Shown: in pieces, positions 38,414 to 50,162 of the stretch
How the letters are laid out: each line of letters starts with the position of its first letter
Position numbering within the stretch: position 1 is the first letter of the stretch
Assembly (NCBI RefSeq): GCF_000150275.1
Contig: NW_002060968.1
Coordinates: forward strand, 653,788-717,787
Direction: 5' to 3'
Origin: Trichoplax adhaerens
Taxonomy: Eukaryota > Animalia > Placozoa
DNA length: 64,000 bases
Program-made: the position numbers and the translations under genes
The notes under the pieces: model-generated
Told to the model about the DNA's origin: nothing
Seen by the model: only the letters and a program-made list of their open reading frames with translations
Databases searched by the model: none

Positions 38414-39856
38414 CTATAACGAATTATTAATCAATCAACCATTATTATTACTGACTGATTCAAGGCAACATTATATGGATTATTTAAACCGGAGAGATTT
38501 TCAATAACATTATCTTATGAATAAAAATTTTGTGAAGGTACATTGATGAATAAATGTACCATTATACTCTTCATTTAAATAAATTAAATTCGTCAATCTG
38601 CATAAGTTTCAATTAAGGATTAAGCTGTGATCATCACAATATAGAAAGGAGCGTAAAATTTGATTTACTGTCGATATGACATAAATAAGATGACCAGTAA
38701 TCGTAGAGAACTGTTAACTGACGCCGTTTTTGACACAATTATCCGATTGTATGATTGCTTTAAGACCACAGTCAAAGGAACTATTGAATCACTATCTTTA
38801 TAAAAATTATCTCAAATATTCATTTTGTTGGAAATAAATGTATTAGTCAAGCACTTAGTTAAAAGCAAGTTAATATCTATCGTACCGCGAATAGATTTAA
38901 TTAACATTGTTAAGGTATAAATCATTCAATTTTAGCTTCATTAAAAAATAAAGAAGTCGTAGTTTTATATTTCATATGTTTACGTCGCTTATAATTATAT
39001 CAAAAGGCTTCAGAGCTGGTAGCATAAATAATTTTAGGATAATAATAAATACTTTATCTCAACGATTGCGATAGGGCGTAAAGCTGATTCTTGAAAATCA
39101 TAAATTCTTGTCGTGGTGATAAACACGAATTGAATTTTGAGTAATATTTCTACTAAAAATCCGTATATGATTTGAATGCGAGCCAAGTCTGAAACAGATT
39201 CATGATTTAATAAGCCCAAATATAACTCCAACTCCATAAATGGATCAATGATTACGCTTGAAATTGCTTACTTCGCAGAAATACCGTTAAGAATAAAAAA
39301 GCACTATATAGTTGTTATAGCATTTCCAGATTTTGTAACTGACGAAGTGGATATATAATCTATTGGTTATTTTTGCATTAAAAGCATTAATACCCTGATA
39401 ACCTTATCAAGTAAAAGTCTATTTGCACTGATGATAGCAGTGATTTTAAAGACATATTTTCGCTGGAAAAGATTTCTTTCTGATGACTGATCCAATACAA
39501 AAGTTTACTACACAGTACCATCCTGCTGCTGCGATGATCAAAAATAGTGTAATTAAATTTTGATTTCGAAAAAATTCTGTTTATCTTATTGTTACGAGTT
39601 TGATGTTCTTGGTCATTTTGGATGTAGAAATGATCGATTCTTAGTATATTTTAACAAGCATAAACTGATTAGCAATTAGCTCTTTTAACAAAATCATCAA
39701 TTCTATTTATTCATTAATAAGAATAGGAAAACTGCAGGGCGGAAAGCTGCCACTAATGCTTTAAAGTGGCTGTTCTACGATAGGAATGGAGTAACAAGAA
39801 AACAATTTATTTAATCAGAACTTCATTTACTGTTACGAGAGCGCTAAAAACTTTAC

Positions 39857-40190
39857 CTTCTGTTGAAGATGTGGCACTTGATAGTGGACAAACCGATGAC
39901 ATCGAACAGGTTTTGTCTGAAAGAAATTAAATAATCTATCCTTTATAAAATGGTTGAGGTAACATGAAAGTAATAGTCTTAATTCGTCATACTAGTCTAA
40001 ATTGTAACTTCAATTATTAACTTGAAACTTAATTGTAAAAACTTCTCTAGAAAATTACTTCTAAACATCAAATTAAAGCCTTCTGGTGGTTATATGTGCT
40101 TCAGAAATTGACTTACAATGGGAAGAATTCATTTTATTATTTACAGTGTATGAAGCTCCGATCGGATGTTTCTCTGCAGCCAGGACAATT
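39857..40190 (-). other. Two candidate 5' exons of the Apaf-1-like gene (40117-40190 and 39857-39916)
   Basis: Clean AG/GT boundaries (GTAAGT, GTAAAG). ATG at 40132 gives MNSSHYKTCSMSSVCPLSSATSSTE, which is phase-compatible with the exon starting at 38413. No homology evidence. Confidence 0.35.
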
Positions 40191-42562
40191 CTAACTTCAG
40201 GTTAACTTAAATAGCAATTCTTACAAGCGCGCTCTGCTACCCGTGTACATGATTGAATTTAGGACTTGGCTCACGATAATAGCATAAATCAATTTGTGGG
40301 CCCTTCTATATAGTATTCCCACTGTGATATGTCTGGCCAGCTGACTACTTTATTAGTTCATAATTACATAATCTGGTATTCCATAATTAGACTAGAGATC
40401 ACATGTTCTCGATCATTCTCTCTATCTAATGATGTTATTCATTAATGGTTATTATGCTTAACATAGCGTTGAAGTAATAGATTGTTTTCATGATCTTGTT
40501 AGGCTTAAAGTCCAACAGTGCTCTAAGAATGAGAAGAATGCTCTTTAGAGACAATGTTTCATGGATTTAAGCCTGGCACTGTAGCCACATTGCTTTAATG
40601 ATAGCATGAAATAGTACGGCAGATACCAATGCTAACCTTACTTCAAATTCGTCAACAGTTATCGTAGGTATTCATCCATGAAGAGGACAAATGAATGAAG
40701 TTGGAAGTAGTAGTCTCTATAACAGCATTGTTGTTTTTGTTGCACCTTAGATATTTCAGAAAGACTAATGTTATTATTGCAACCACTATCGATGTCGTAT
40801 GCCACCGTTAAATTTTTGAACCAGTTGCGAATATAGCAATGAAATGTACTGTATCTAGCTATTGCACATTCCTTAGAGCTACAATAATGTATTATTAAAT
40901 TTATTATTTCCACAGTGTAATGAACAGTTATAAGTTGATACCTTAACAATAATTTCGCATTGCTATGCTTGAAGATTTGCTATAAAATGAGGTTATTCTA
41001 TAGCCTACAGGTATGCTGCTTGCTAAAAATATTGGGACTCCATATTCTATTTGAAAATTAATATTTATCACCGTTATTAACTATGATTAAATTGCGTAAG
41101 CAGACAGATAGTATTATATAACTTTTCGATATTGAATGTCTGTTTCATATATCGATTATTAATATCATCATAATTATTATCGATCTTGTCTTCTTACTAA
41201 CAATATTTACACGATAATGGCAAATATCCACGTTGCGAATTTCGCAAAAGTGATCGCATTTTTTAACATAGGCTCATTTTCTTATTAAGTTACTTTAAAC
41301 TACTCCAAAGATCTTTGGATTTGCTCTTCATCGAATATAAACTATTATAACAGTGCCGCCCGTGGAATTTCATCATCTTGTTAGCATTATTGTGCTGCGT
41401 AAGGAAATAATTTTCACTATCCGTATATCATAGAAATCAACACTAAAAAATAAAACTCGATCTGAAAACGATATGGAGATGAATCGATTAATGAGCTTTT
41501 ATTACAACATCAACTGAAATTACTATTAGGCCTCTACATGAGAGAAATTTGAACGAGCGATTCAGTTAATAAAGTTACCCTACAACGCGTAAACTGTATT
41601 AATGGAGTACTATCGGAACAGAAAGTTAAATATCAAACCCATATTATTCAACAAACAAGCTCTATGCACTCTTGTGAAACGGAGATGAATTTATACGACT
41701 CTGATTCATTTTAATGTTAAAAATGTTTTCTAATGCTGTAGACTACTAGCAGGTTATCCTAAGTAAGCAGTCCATTGCTAGGCTTACGAAATAGCTGGTT
41801 GCACACTAATTACCTCTTTTGGGAATGTTTCAGCTACAGCTTCAGTAATTATTTGTGTTAGTCAATTACCTACCCCTTGATTCTTCGTCTATAGCGAATT
41901 TTACTTAGTACTAGTAATTAATTCAAACACTGCCACTACCGCACCTTCGTTTTAGCCGTGATAGTGATATTTACTTGCCGGATGGAATACAAGATGACTC
42001 ATAGTGCTAGCATAACTTTGATAATTAGTAAAACTACCAACTACGCACTGATTGAAGAATTTTTTTGTTTCAGCTATTTCTTCATAATCCTATCTTCTTG
42101 ACTACATGTTGATAAGTAAATCTTTCTGATTTCTTTTAGTTTCTTCAAGCTTTCAAGTCATTTTAGACAATGCTAGAAAGAAGTTTATTGTAAGGAGCTA
42201 TGCGATGTATTGTTGATGAGGCTAAGATCAAATTATCATAACAACGGCTATCCAGCCTATTTTTTTATTAGATATTGATCTACGTATATGATTGATCATG
42301 ACATTGTCATAAAATGAAGAATTAATTGCATCCAACAACAATTGCATGCTATAATGGAATTAACGAACCTATTGAGCGTGCATAGTAACAACCAGTATAA
42401 TGCATTGAGAAATATTAAACTATGACTGCATTGACATAGAACTTTTAATATCAAGTCGAATTAGTCACATTCTACGCAGTCAGTAAATGCAATAGCAATA
42501 TTAGATAGACATCTCTTTAATCACTAATAATTTATTTGGAAAACAGTACTGCAAGGATAACG

Positions 42563-44233
42563 ATGGATCTTGTCGATAATCCGGTAGAGTATAAATTAAT
42601 GACTATGTTAAAAGCGTATCAAGTTAATCGTTTCGATAGATTGACCTACAATGAAGGCAAAATTTGGTCATTAAAATGTATTGAACAATTACAACAACAA
42701 ATCCAAGCCAATGATATAGATAACAAGCACCAAGTAAATCATCAAATCTATTATTTATTATCATATCATTACTATAATCTGGGTCGAATATATCAGCTAG
42801 GATTAGGTACTACCAACATTGATCAATCACAAGCAAGTAAGTATTATAAACTAGCTGCAGGGGAAAATCACCCATCGGCAATCTACCAACTAGGAAAATT
42901 GTGTGGTTGTACTGGTTGTGACTACGAATATACTAAACAACTCAAAAATCAACGTCAAGTCGCTATTTACCGAGTTCGACAATTTGTTGCTAGTGCCGCA
43001 ATTGATCCTTGGTGTTGCCAAGCAGATGATGAACTTACCAAGTGTTGTAAGGCTGATAAAATGTACTACAATGCTTTATATAATCAAAAAATGACTTATA
43101 AGCGATTATTGTCTACTTACCAAGATGATGAAGACGATAAAAATTTAAGGGATCAGATGGTTCAAATTCCCCGTCATAGTTCTAAACCTCATCAGCATGA
43201 TAGGGTGCTTGTAAAATTGAGTAGCTTGTATTGCCAACTGGGCTATATGATGATTAAATTGAATCAACTACATGGAGAAAATATCGATCTTACTGCCTAT
43301 CAGTACTTTAGCAAAGCTGCTAAACTCGGAAATGCTTCCGGTTTCATCAATATTGCTATCTGGAAATATTCACACGGCTACGGCAGTCCAAAAGATTCTG
43401 AACACTGTATTCAATTATTCATTAAAGCTAGCCAATATAACAGCCCACAAGCTCATTTCTACCTTCTCCAACATTGCTACGAAAAATATATTTCTACTGC
43501 GAATATTCGCCAAGCTAATCTCGCTGTAACCCATTCTAGTTTGGCGCTCGCTTATCCATTTGCTTCTCCTCTCTTCTATATAGCATCATTATTTTGGCTC
43601 GGTGGTACTGATAGCATTGATCGCCAACAGTGTCTCTCTCATCTTAAAATGAGCGTAGCAACCGATGATTATTTTGATCAACGTGGAAGAGGCTTGTCGT
43701 ATCTGACATTGGGTTGCATTTATAAACGAGGAGAATGGATTAAAGTCGATTACAGTATTGCAGCTCATTGCTATAGTCGCGCTGCTATCCTTGGCCATCA
43801 CCAGGGTATTATTGAAGTAGCGAAATTAGTTGAAAAAGGTAAAATTGCCATAGCAGATGTTCATACCGCCATCCAGTTGTATCGTGCCATTATCGATTCT
43901 ACCAATATCTCGAACCAAGTTCAAGCATTAGCGATGAAAAGATTAGGACAACTCTATCTTAAAATGAAGACAACGACGAGTCAATATCGAGGGCGACAAT
44001 GGATCAATCAAGCATTAAATAAATTTCAACTAGTAACTTATGACCCCTTAGCGAAGTGTTGTGCCTACTATCAAATCGCTAGAATTCACCATAAAGGATT
44101 AAGTACAGACAAGGAAAATTTAGAGAAAGCCTCCATCTATTATCGTAAAGTGTTAACATCGAGTAGTCATTGCAGAGATGTAATTTACCCTCGCAAAGCT
44201 GAAATTAGATTGAAAGACTTAGATTTGTCATGA
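42563..44233 (+). CDS. Intronless SEL1-like-repeat protein, ~556 aa
   Basis: SEL1 consensus repeats: YYNLGRIYQLGLG...QASKYYKLAAGENHPSAIYQLG; LGCIYKRGEWIKVDYSIAAHCYSRAAILGH; YYQIARIHHKGLSTDKENLEKASIYY. The first ATG is at 42563; the ORF-track start at 42536 is TTG. Confidence 0.9.
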   Translation: MDLVDNPVEYKLMTMLKAYQVNRFDRLTYNEGKIWSLKCIEQLQQQIQANDIDNKHQVNHQIYYLLSYHYYNLGRIYQLGLGTTNIDQSQASKYYKLAAGENHPSAIYQLGKLCGCTGCDYEYTKQLKNQRQVAIYRVRQFVASAAIDPWCCQADDELTKCCKADKMYYNALYNQKMTYKRLLSTYQDDEDDKNLRDQMVQIPRHSSKPHQHDRVLVKLSSLYCQLGYMMIKLNQLHGENIDLTAYQYFSKAAKLGNASGFINIAIWKYSHGYGSPKDSEHCIQLFIKASQYNSPQAHFYLLQHCYEKYISTANIRQANLAVTHSSLALAYPFASPLFYIASLFWLGGTDSIDRQQCLSHLKMSVATDDYFDQRGRGLSYLTLGCIYKRGEWIKVDYSIAAHCYSRAAILGHHQGIIEVAKLVEKGKIAIADVHTAIQLYRAIIDSTNISNQVQALAMKRLGQLYLKMKTTTSQYRGRQWINQALNKFQLVTYDPLAKCCAYYQIARIHHKGLSTDKENLEKASIYYRKVLTSSSHCRDVIYPRKAEIRLKDLDLS

Positions 44234-45927
44234 TACGATGTGATTGCTGAAATTATTAATGGAATTGTATGTTGGCATACTAGACAGTATTTTACTGGTA
44301 GAATTCATCAGAAGCAGCAGTAATAAATCCATTCATCATTCAATTCTATAACATTTTAGTAATACGGTAGTGTAATTAAACTGTAACTGCAAGGCCGATG
44401 GACACGAAAGTTATAGAGTCAAATTCGATTACGATTGGGTTATGGCCGTCGATCTTTACTCCATGTAAACAGAGAGAAACCCACTAATAGCAGTAAATGT
44501 TACTTTAATGCTAGTCACTAAAGATTCCTAAGAATACGATGAAAACGTTGAATTTAGCAATATTTACTGTAAATCAGCCAAATTAGTGAATCCACTGTAC
44601 GTTGCAACTGCAATGTTGGTCGAAATTACTACAAAGTGATGTAATCACTTGTGTATAATTCTTGTAAGGTCTTACTATACATATTATAGGCTATATTCAC
44701 GGCATGTCATCGAATGAATTAATTGTAATTAAGCATAAAATTTTAAATTTTAAAGCCATTGTTTTCCACAGTGTGTTACCTGTGGAACTTTAAAATTAAA
44801 TTATGATGTTGTGAACAGACCTACATTGTAAATTGTTGAAAGTTAATTTCAGCCGAATCAAAACAGTCTATGTGTGAGGTAGACGAAAGGCAATATTGCT
44901 ACGTAATTAAAGTGAAGAATCTTCGTTGATTATCGAAATAAATGTTATTTCATGTCAAATCTGTGGCACCACCATAACTTAGGCTAAAGCTCGCTATACT
45001 GTACAGTACGTTTACTGAATAGTAAAGAATGCTGTAATTTGAAAGCAAAATCATCAAACGGTATTTCTTTATTTATCCATCATTAGAAATAATGTACCAG
45101 CGATAATTTTGCTGGATGCTCAAAATCAGCAATTACATTTATTGATCAATTACATATCCAAGCTTCACCTTGGATAGCGATCCTAACAAGATCATACAGC
45201 CTAGCTGCCGACAGGTTGAACTCAATTTCATTATTATTTTCAACCTCAAGGCCCTATACATCCAATATCCTGATATGAAATTTCATTAACTCTTTTATTT
45301 CAAGACCAAAATTAAAAATTTTTCCAGGCAAGACTTATTTAATAAACATTAACATATTAAGGATAATATAAACCGATGTGATATCATCAAGTCTAAACGT
45401 ACGAATAAGTCATGGATATGTAGTAAGACAGTAAAGTATAAAAAAAGGATAACATATACAATATCAATCTTTATTCAGGACAGAGGTGAAAATTCTACCT
45501 GTAATATTTCGATACCATGTTATAATCTCATCATACAAAATCATGCTAGGTGAATAAATAAAATTATATGAGTATGAACAGTCAGATCAAAGACGTTACA
45601 TAGCCAAAATAGAAGAAAATAAATTCTATAAGCATTTGTGCCTCAATATAATTTTATAAAAATAACATTCCATTACTGTTACTTGAAAATTTTTATGATT
45701 ATCATATACTGTACATTCAATATTCTACAAATAGGCTATGCGAAAATAGGCCTAGCGGGTAGCATCTTGACCTCCCAACTTTGCAAGCCACTGCAATTTT
45801 TGTAACCCAAGGTAAACACTTAATACTAAAGCTAGAATTGCAAAACCTAGTATTTATGCTTGCATAAAACTATCCATACTGTTTTGTGTTTCACTAATCC
45901 TTGACGACATGGCCGATATAGTTACTA

Positions 45928-47577
45928 CTATACATTGGGTAATTGCTCCAGTTTTCGCTTAGCTTTTTGAGCATAATGAACATCATAAAGTCGATATTGT
46001 TCACTATTCCTTTTGATGGCGGTTTTATAGTAACTGTTCGCTTGTTTAATGCTAGCCTTTACTCCAAATCCATGATGATACATGACACCCAAATGATAAA
46101 ATGCCTTGCCCAAGCAGGTCTTCGACTTGATGACTTCTTTGTAGATTTTTGCAGCACTGTGAAAATATTTTGCAGCTCGTACGGAATCATGTTGCTCAGG
46201 ATCATTGCTGTTGTTGAATATTTTCCCTAATCTGTAACGGCAGTGAGCAACATGGATCGGGTCGGCCTCTTGGTTAAATGTATAATACAGGTAAACAGCA
46301 ATGGCATCTTTTAAGGTTGCATTTGGTGCTTTCTTTTTTTCAATCATTTTAGCTAGATGTAAGTTACTGCTGAGAAAGCCTAGTGACGCTCCGGTAGCAT
46401 AACATGTGCTAGCCATTGGAATATTCTGTTCGACACCTTGGCCATGAAGGTATAGATATCCCAGAAGTTCATACGCTGCTGCAGAACCGCTAAAACCCTG
46501 ATCATTATATTCTTGTGCAAACAATGCTAGCTTCAGATATTGGCTAGCTTTCTGCATATCAGGCGGCTTGCCGCCATTACCAGATGAGCAATTCAATGCT
46601 GCAATGAGAAGGTTTTTGGTAAAGCTAAAGCTTAACGATTTATCGATATTTTCCACAAATTTTAGCCCTATGTCTTTGTTTGCTACCGATGTTGTATCGT
46701 TTTGCAGTGCTATTAAAAATAATCCGCGCGAGTGATTAGCATCAGCAGCCTTCTGTCGGTATTCTAGGACTTTGTTTGTATCTTTATCAGCACCAAATCC
46801 ATTAGCATAAATTATATTTGCTAAATTTAAGTAGCCAGCTGGATTACCATATTGTTCTGCAGCCTTGATGAAGTAATTCATTGCAAGTTGATACTTTTCC
46901 TGGTTATCGTCTTGGTCTATCAAGTTTACCATGGCTATCAAGTAGCCTAGTTCATTGTATATTCTACCTAAAATATTGGCGGGGGTATTGCCAGGTTTAT
47001 CGATAATAGCACGATGAGATCGAATTAAATTTTTGACTGCACATTTCCAATGTGGCGCATCATCTTCGTATGATTCCCATAAGTCATTATGAGCAAAAGT
47101 ATAATGCGATGACTGAGCAGCCGATTTAACAAAGTTTTCCACGACAGTATTGGCATATTCTTCTTTACCTAATAAGCGGGCATATGAGTTTCTTTCGTCA
47201 GGATTGCACGTATATAAACCGCATATCATGTACTGAGCGACAGGATGATTGGCTTGTGCGGCAATAGTGTAATGTTGGTAAGCTTTTTGTGGACTTTTGC
47301 TTATACCCGATAGGCCTAAGTGATAGAATGCGGCCAAGCACGAATGAGCATCAGCATCATTAGTACATTGGCATTTATTTTCCCAGAGTTTTTTAACTTC
47401 TTCGGCTAGTTCTCGATTTAATTCATCTAACTGAGCGGAATTGTATATATGATGTAGTTGTTGAGTATTGACTCGGGGTAATGAAAGAAATTCTGACATG
47501 ACCGGATCACGGTTGGGAGATATGCCTGTGGATGGTAATTGCTCATTTTGGTGTTGGTTACTATTTGAATTGCCCAT
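45928..47577 (-). CDS. Intronless SEL1-like-repeat protein, 549 aa, probably N-myristoylated
   Basis: SEL1 repeats (LAAFYHLGLSGISKSPQKAYQHYTIAA; LGYLYLHGQGVEQNIPMASTCY; LGVMYHHGFGVKASIKQANSYY); N-terminus MGNSNS fits MGxxxS. Confidence 0.92.
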   Translation of the reverse strand: MGNSNSNQHQNEQLPSTGISPNRDPVMSEFLSLPRVNTQQLHHIYNSAQLDELNRELAEEVKKLWENKCQCTNDADAHSCLAAFYHLGLSGISKSPQKAYQHYTIAAQANHPVAQYMICGLYTCNPDERNSYARLLGKEEYANTVVENFVKSAAQSSHYTFAHNDLWESYEDDAPHWKCAVKNLIRSHRAIIDKPGNTPANILGRIYNELGYLIAMVNLIDQDDNQEKYQLAMNYFIKAAEQYGNPAGYLNLANIIYANGFGADKDTNKVLEYRQKAADANHSRGLFLIALQNDTTSVANKDIGLKFVENIDKSLSFSFTKNLLIAALNCSSGNGGKPPDMQKASQYLKLALFAQEYNDQGFSGSAAAYELLGYLYLHGQGVEQNIPMASTCYATGASLGFLSSNLHLAKMIEKKKAPNATLKDAIAVYLYYTFNQEADPIHVAHCRYRLGKIFNNSNDPEQHDSVRAAKYFHSAAKIYKEVIKSKTCLGKAFYHLGVMYHHGFGVKASIKQANSYYKTAIKRNSEQYRLYDVHYAQKAKRKLEQLPNV

Positions 47578-49885
47578 GATGATATTCCAACTTGTCCGGT
47601 GCGGTCGATACTAATTTCCTTTACACCTTCAACGGCTCGGCTCTTTCACACAGAGTGGATAATCGTCTGATAGGACTATTTATGGCGAATGGTATTGGTT
47701 ACTACGTTATTTGTATATCCAATGGATAAACTATTAGTCCATTCTTTAACGTCTCTCCAAAGCAGAATTTACTTGACGGTGGCAGAAAAAATTCCTTCGT
47801 TGTACTGTACCAAATGGAAAGAAAAATAGGCATAGCAAGTCAAGTCAGATTCAATTGGATACTTTTGAACTAGTTGGAAAGATTGACAGCCTTGACTAGT
47901 GTTAATCCAACTGTACTGTACTTGCAACCGACAGATTGATTCTATTCTATGATTGGTAATTAGTCACTGCTGTTAAGAAGAACTATTCTAGTGAGTAGTA
48001 TACTGGTAGACCATGCATTGCCGACCAGGACATTATGGTAGAACTATAGTCAATGCAATATTAACCCAATCTATGGTTAGCTATGTCCAAAGTAAGAACC
48101 TGTTTACGCATGTTTTGAACAACTCCTAGTGGTCTATCGATACTGTACAATGGTTATCTTCTAATCAAGGATAAACTGTCCCCAAATTGGATAATGCTCG
48201 TCTGTAGTCAATTGAATAGTGAAAAGTACCAATACGATTTAGGCAATCTAGATTATCCTATAAGGAAAGAAAATAACTCTCCATCCCCGCAAGGATCGAT
48301 TGATGCATTCGGCTCGTACCTTGACTGGAGATGGAACCTTTCGGTAAGACTTGATCGTTGATTGGCTTTTAAATGCTGGCCCCAAAAAAAGAAGAAAGAG
48401 AAAGACGATTAACGATTCAACTGATGTTCTTTGTCCATTTTAGGAATGAAGCCTAATTAATTTAAGTTAATCTATGGTGCTTGGTGGCCAATAATAGCCA
48501 TTTGTCAATGATGTAGAGTGGATTGTGAATAGCAGTCGAATGACGACGTCAACAGACTAGAAAGTTGGTGTACGACGTCGAATAACATTCGTTTACTGAT
48601 TGATTATGGCCACGGAAGCGCTTTGGCGTAATATGACGAGGAACAAAAACCAGGAAGGAAATAACAAGAATTCAAGTATCAAGACTCGTATCCATGCTCC
48701 AATTTGAAGCATTTATTGATGGTCCCCCACCCCAATTGACGTCAGTTTCTCTCTTTCTAAGGACAATGTTGCCATCACGATGCTAGTTTGCAAATTGTTC
48801 ATGACATCGGGTCGATAGGAAGACAAGGCATCATTGCTGATTCATTTATCCCTTGGAGTGTAAGTCTATGCTATGTTGAAGATGGATCAAATTACAGTCC
48901 ATTTATTCTTCTATTGGTCATGCATTTCATGCTAGAACATGGACTGCTTGTACAAGCGTTTACGATCGGCCGATTGCTAGAGTTAGAGTGGTGATGATGG
49001 CAACAAGTCGATGGAAAGTATAGCATCCAACCCTGGCCATTCTCATCTTCAACGTCAATATTATTGCTACAGTAAGATCGCTCTCGAGTTGAATACTAGT
49101 ATTGCCATGACAGTTACTTTCTCGAAAAGAAAAATGAGACAGTCTCTACTCTATACAAGGGATCCGATTGGCAAGCTCTATCTATTAACCTCCCTATTGA
49201 ATAAAAAAAAAGTGTTTACAAGATGGAGCTATTCTATCCAACCCTGTGGAATAATAAGGCATTCAAGACAGCCCATGGCTAATGCCTTGGTATGGTAAAC
49301 AAGATTGTGCCAGGACAAGTCGCACAACAAAAGGTTGACGTACTAACGCTGTCCAACTTCTCCATGATGGAAGTGCTCGAAAATGATCCAGTCTCTACCT
49401 CTGCCCATTAGTTGACTGTACTCTTGGATCTAATAGTTCCTTCTGGGTTGTATGAAGAGTGATGCATGAGATGAACATGGAGTCCAACGGGGGATCCACT
49501 TAGAAGAACGATGGATCGCTATGGTCAATGGGGTTGGATTTAATGCACTCTTTTCCAGCCTTCATCAAGCTGGATAATCTACTCCAGTGTTGACACCTTG
49601 ATTGAACTCATGAATACTACCGCAATGGCAACGGCGTCTGAATTTTCATCCACTCCCATCTCACCATGGCGCCACTAAGAAAACGCCATCAAATAGACTA
49701 CTGGACGATAACCAACCTATCAACTAACCTAAATACAATCTTCAATTGGCCTACTGCTATCCCAATTTCAGGCGATCGCCAACTTTTCCCCAGCGCTGCT
49801 GCGTTCCGTCTCACGGCTCTTTCACAATGTTTCCTGGCGTCCGAGGATCTTCTACCGTAGGCCCGCCGCCAGTCTTCAGTCCACT

Positions 49886-50068
49886 ACTCTACACTGTAGA
49901 GTCTACAGTACCAAGGCAAACAGCGTCACAGTGGCAAAACTTCCCTACCAAGTCTCAGCCAGCAAGCTTCCTATCTATTGTACAGTACACTGTACTGTAC
50001 ACTGTCGACTACAGTCCACCATCTACAGTATCTGCTTCATGCGTACTGTACACTGTACACTGTACTGT
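49886..50068. repeat. Low-complexity, self-complementary TACAG/CTGTA-rich tract
   Basis: Overlapping palindromes ACTCTACA-C-TGTAGAGT and ACTGTAGA-G-TCTACAGT, plus runs such as TACAGTACACTGTACTGTACACTGT. Confidence 0.7.
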
Positions 50069-50162
50069 GGGTATTGCAGCCGATAAACTTGAACAAGAAA
50101 AATCAATCCATCATTCTCTTTATCCTGCACAAACTATCCATCCATTTGTAATTCTATTTTAC

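Noticed and set aside
42536-47577. Bacterial contamination or a symbiont contig
   Set aside because: The genes are contiguous with intron-rich animal genes, have long spacers and no operon structure, and one has a myristoylation motif. Ancient transfer remains possible.
48930-48965. EGF-like NACTSSPC on the minus strand
   Set aside because: The remaining EGF cysteine spacing is absent and the frame closes soon after.
47638-49826. 13-bp direct repeat CGGCTCTTTCACA at 47638 and 49814 as a target-site duplication
   Set aside because: A match this short is expected by chance in 64 kb, and no element termini lie beside it.
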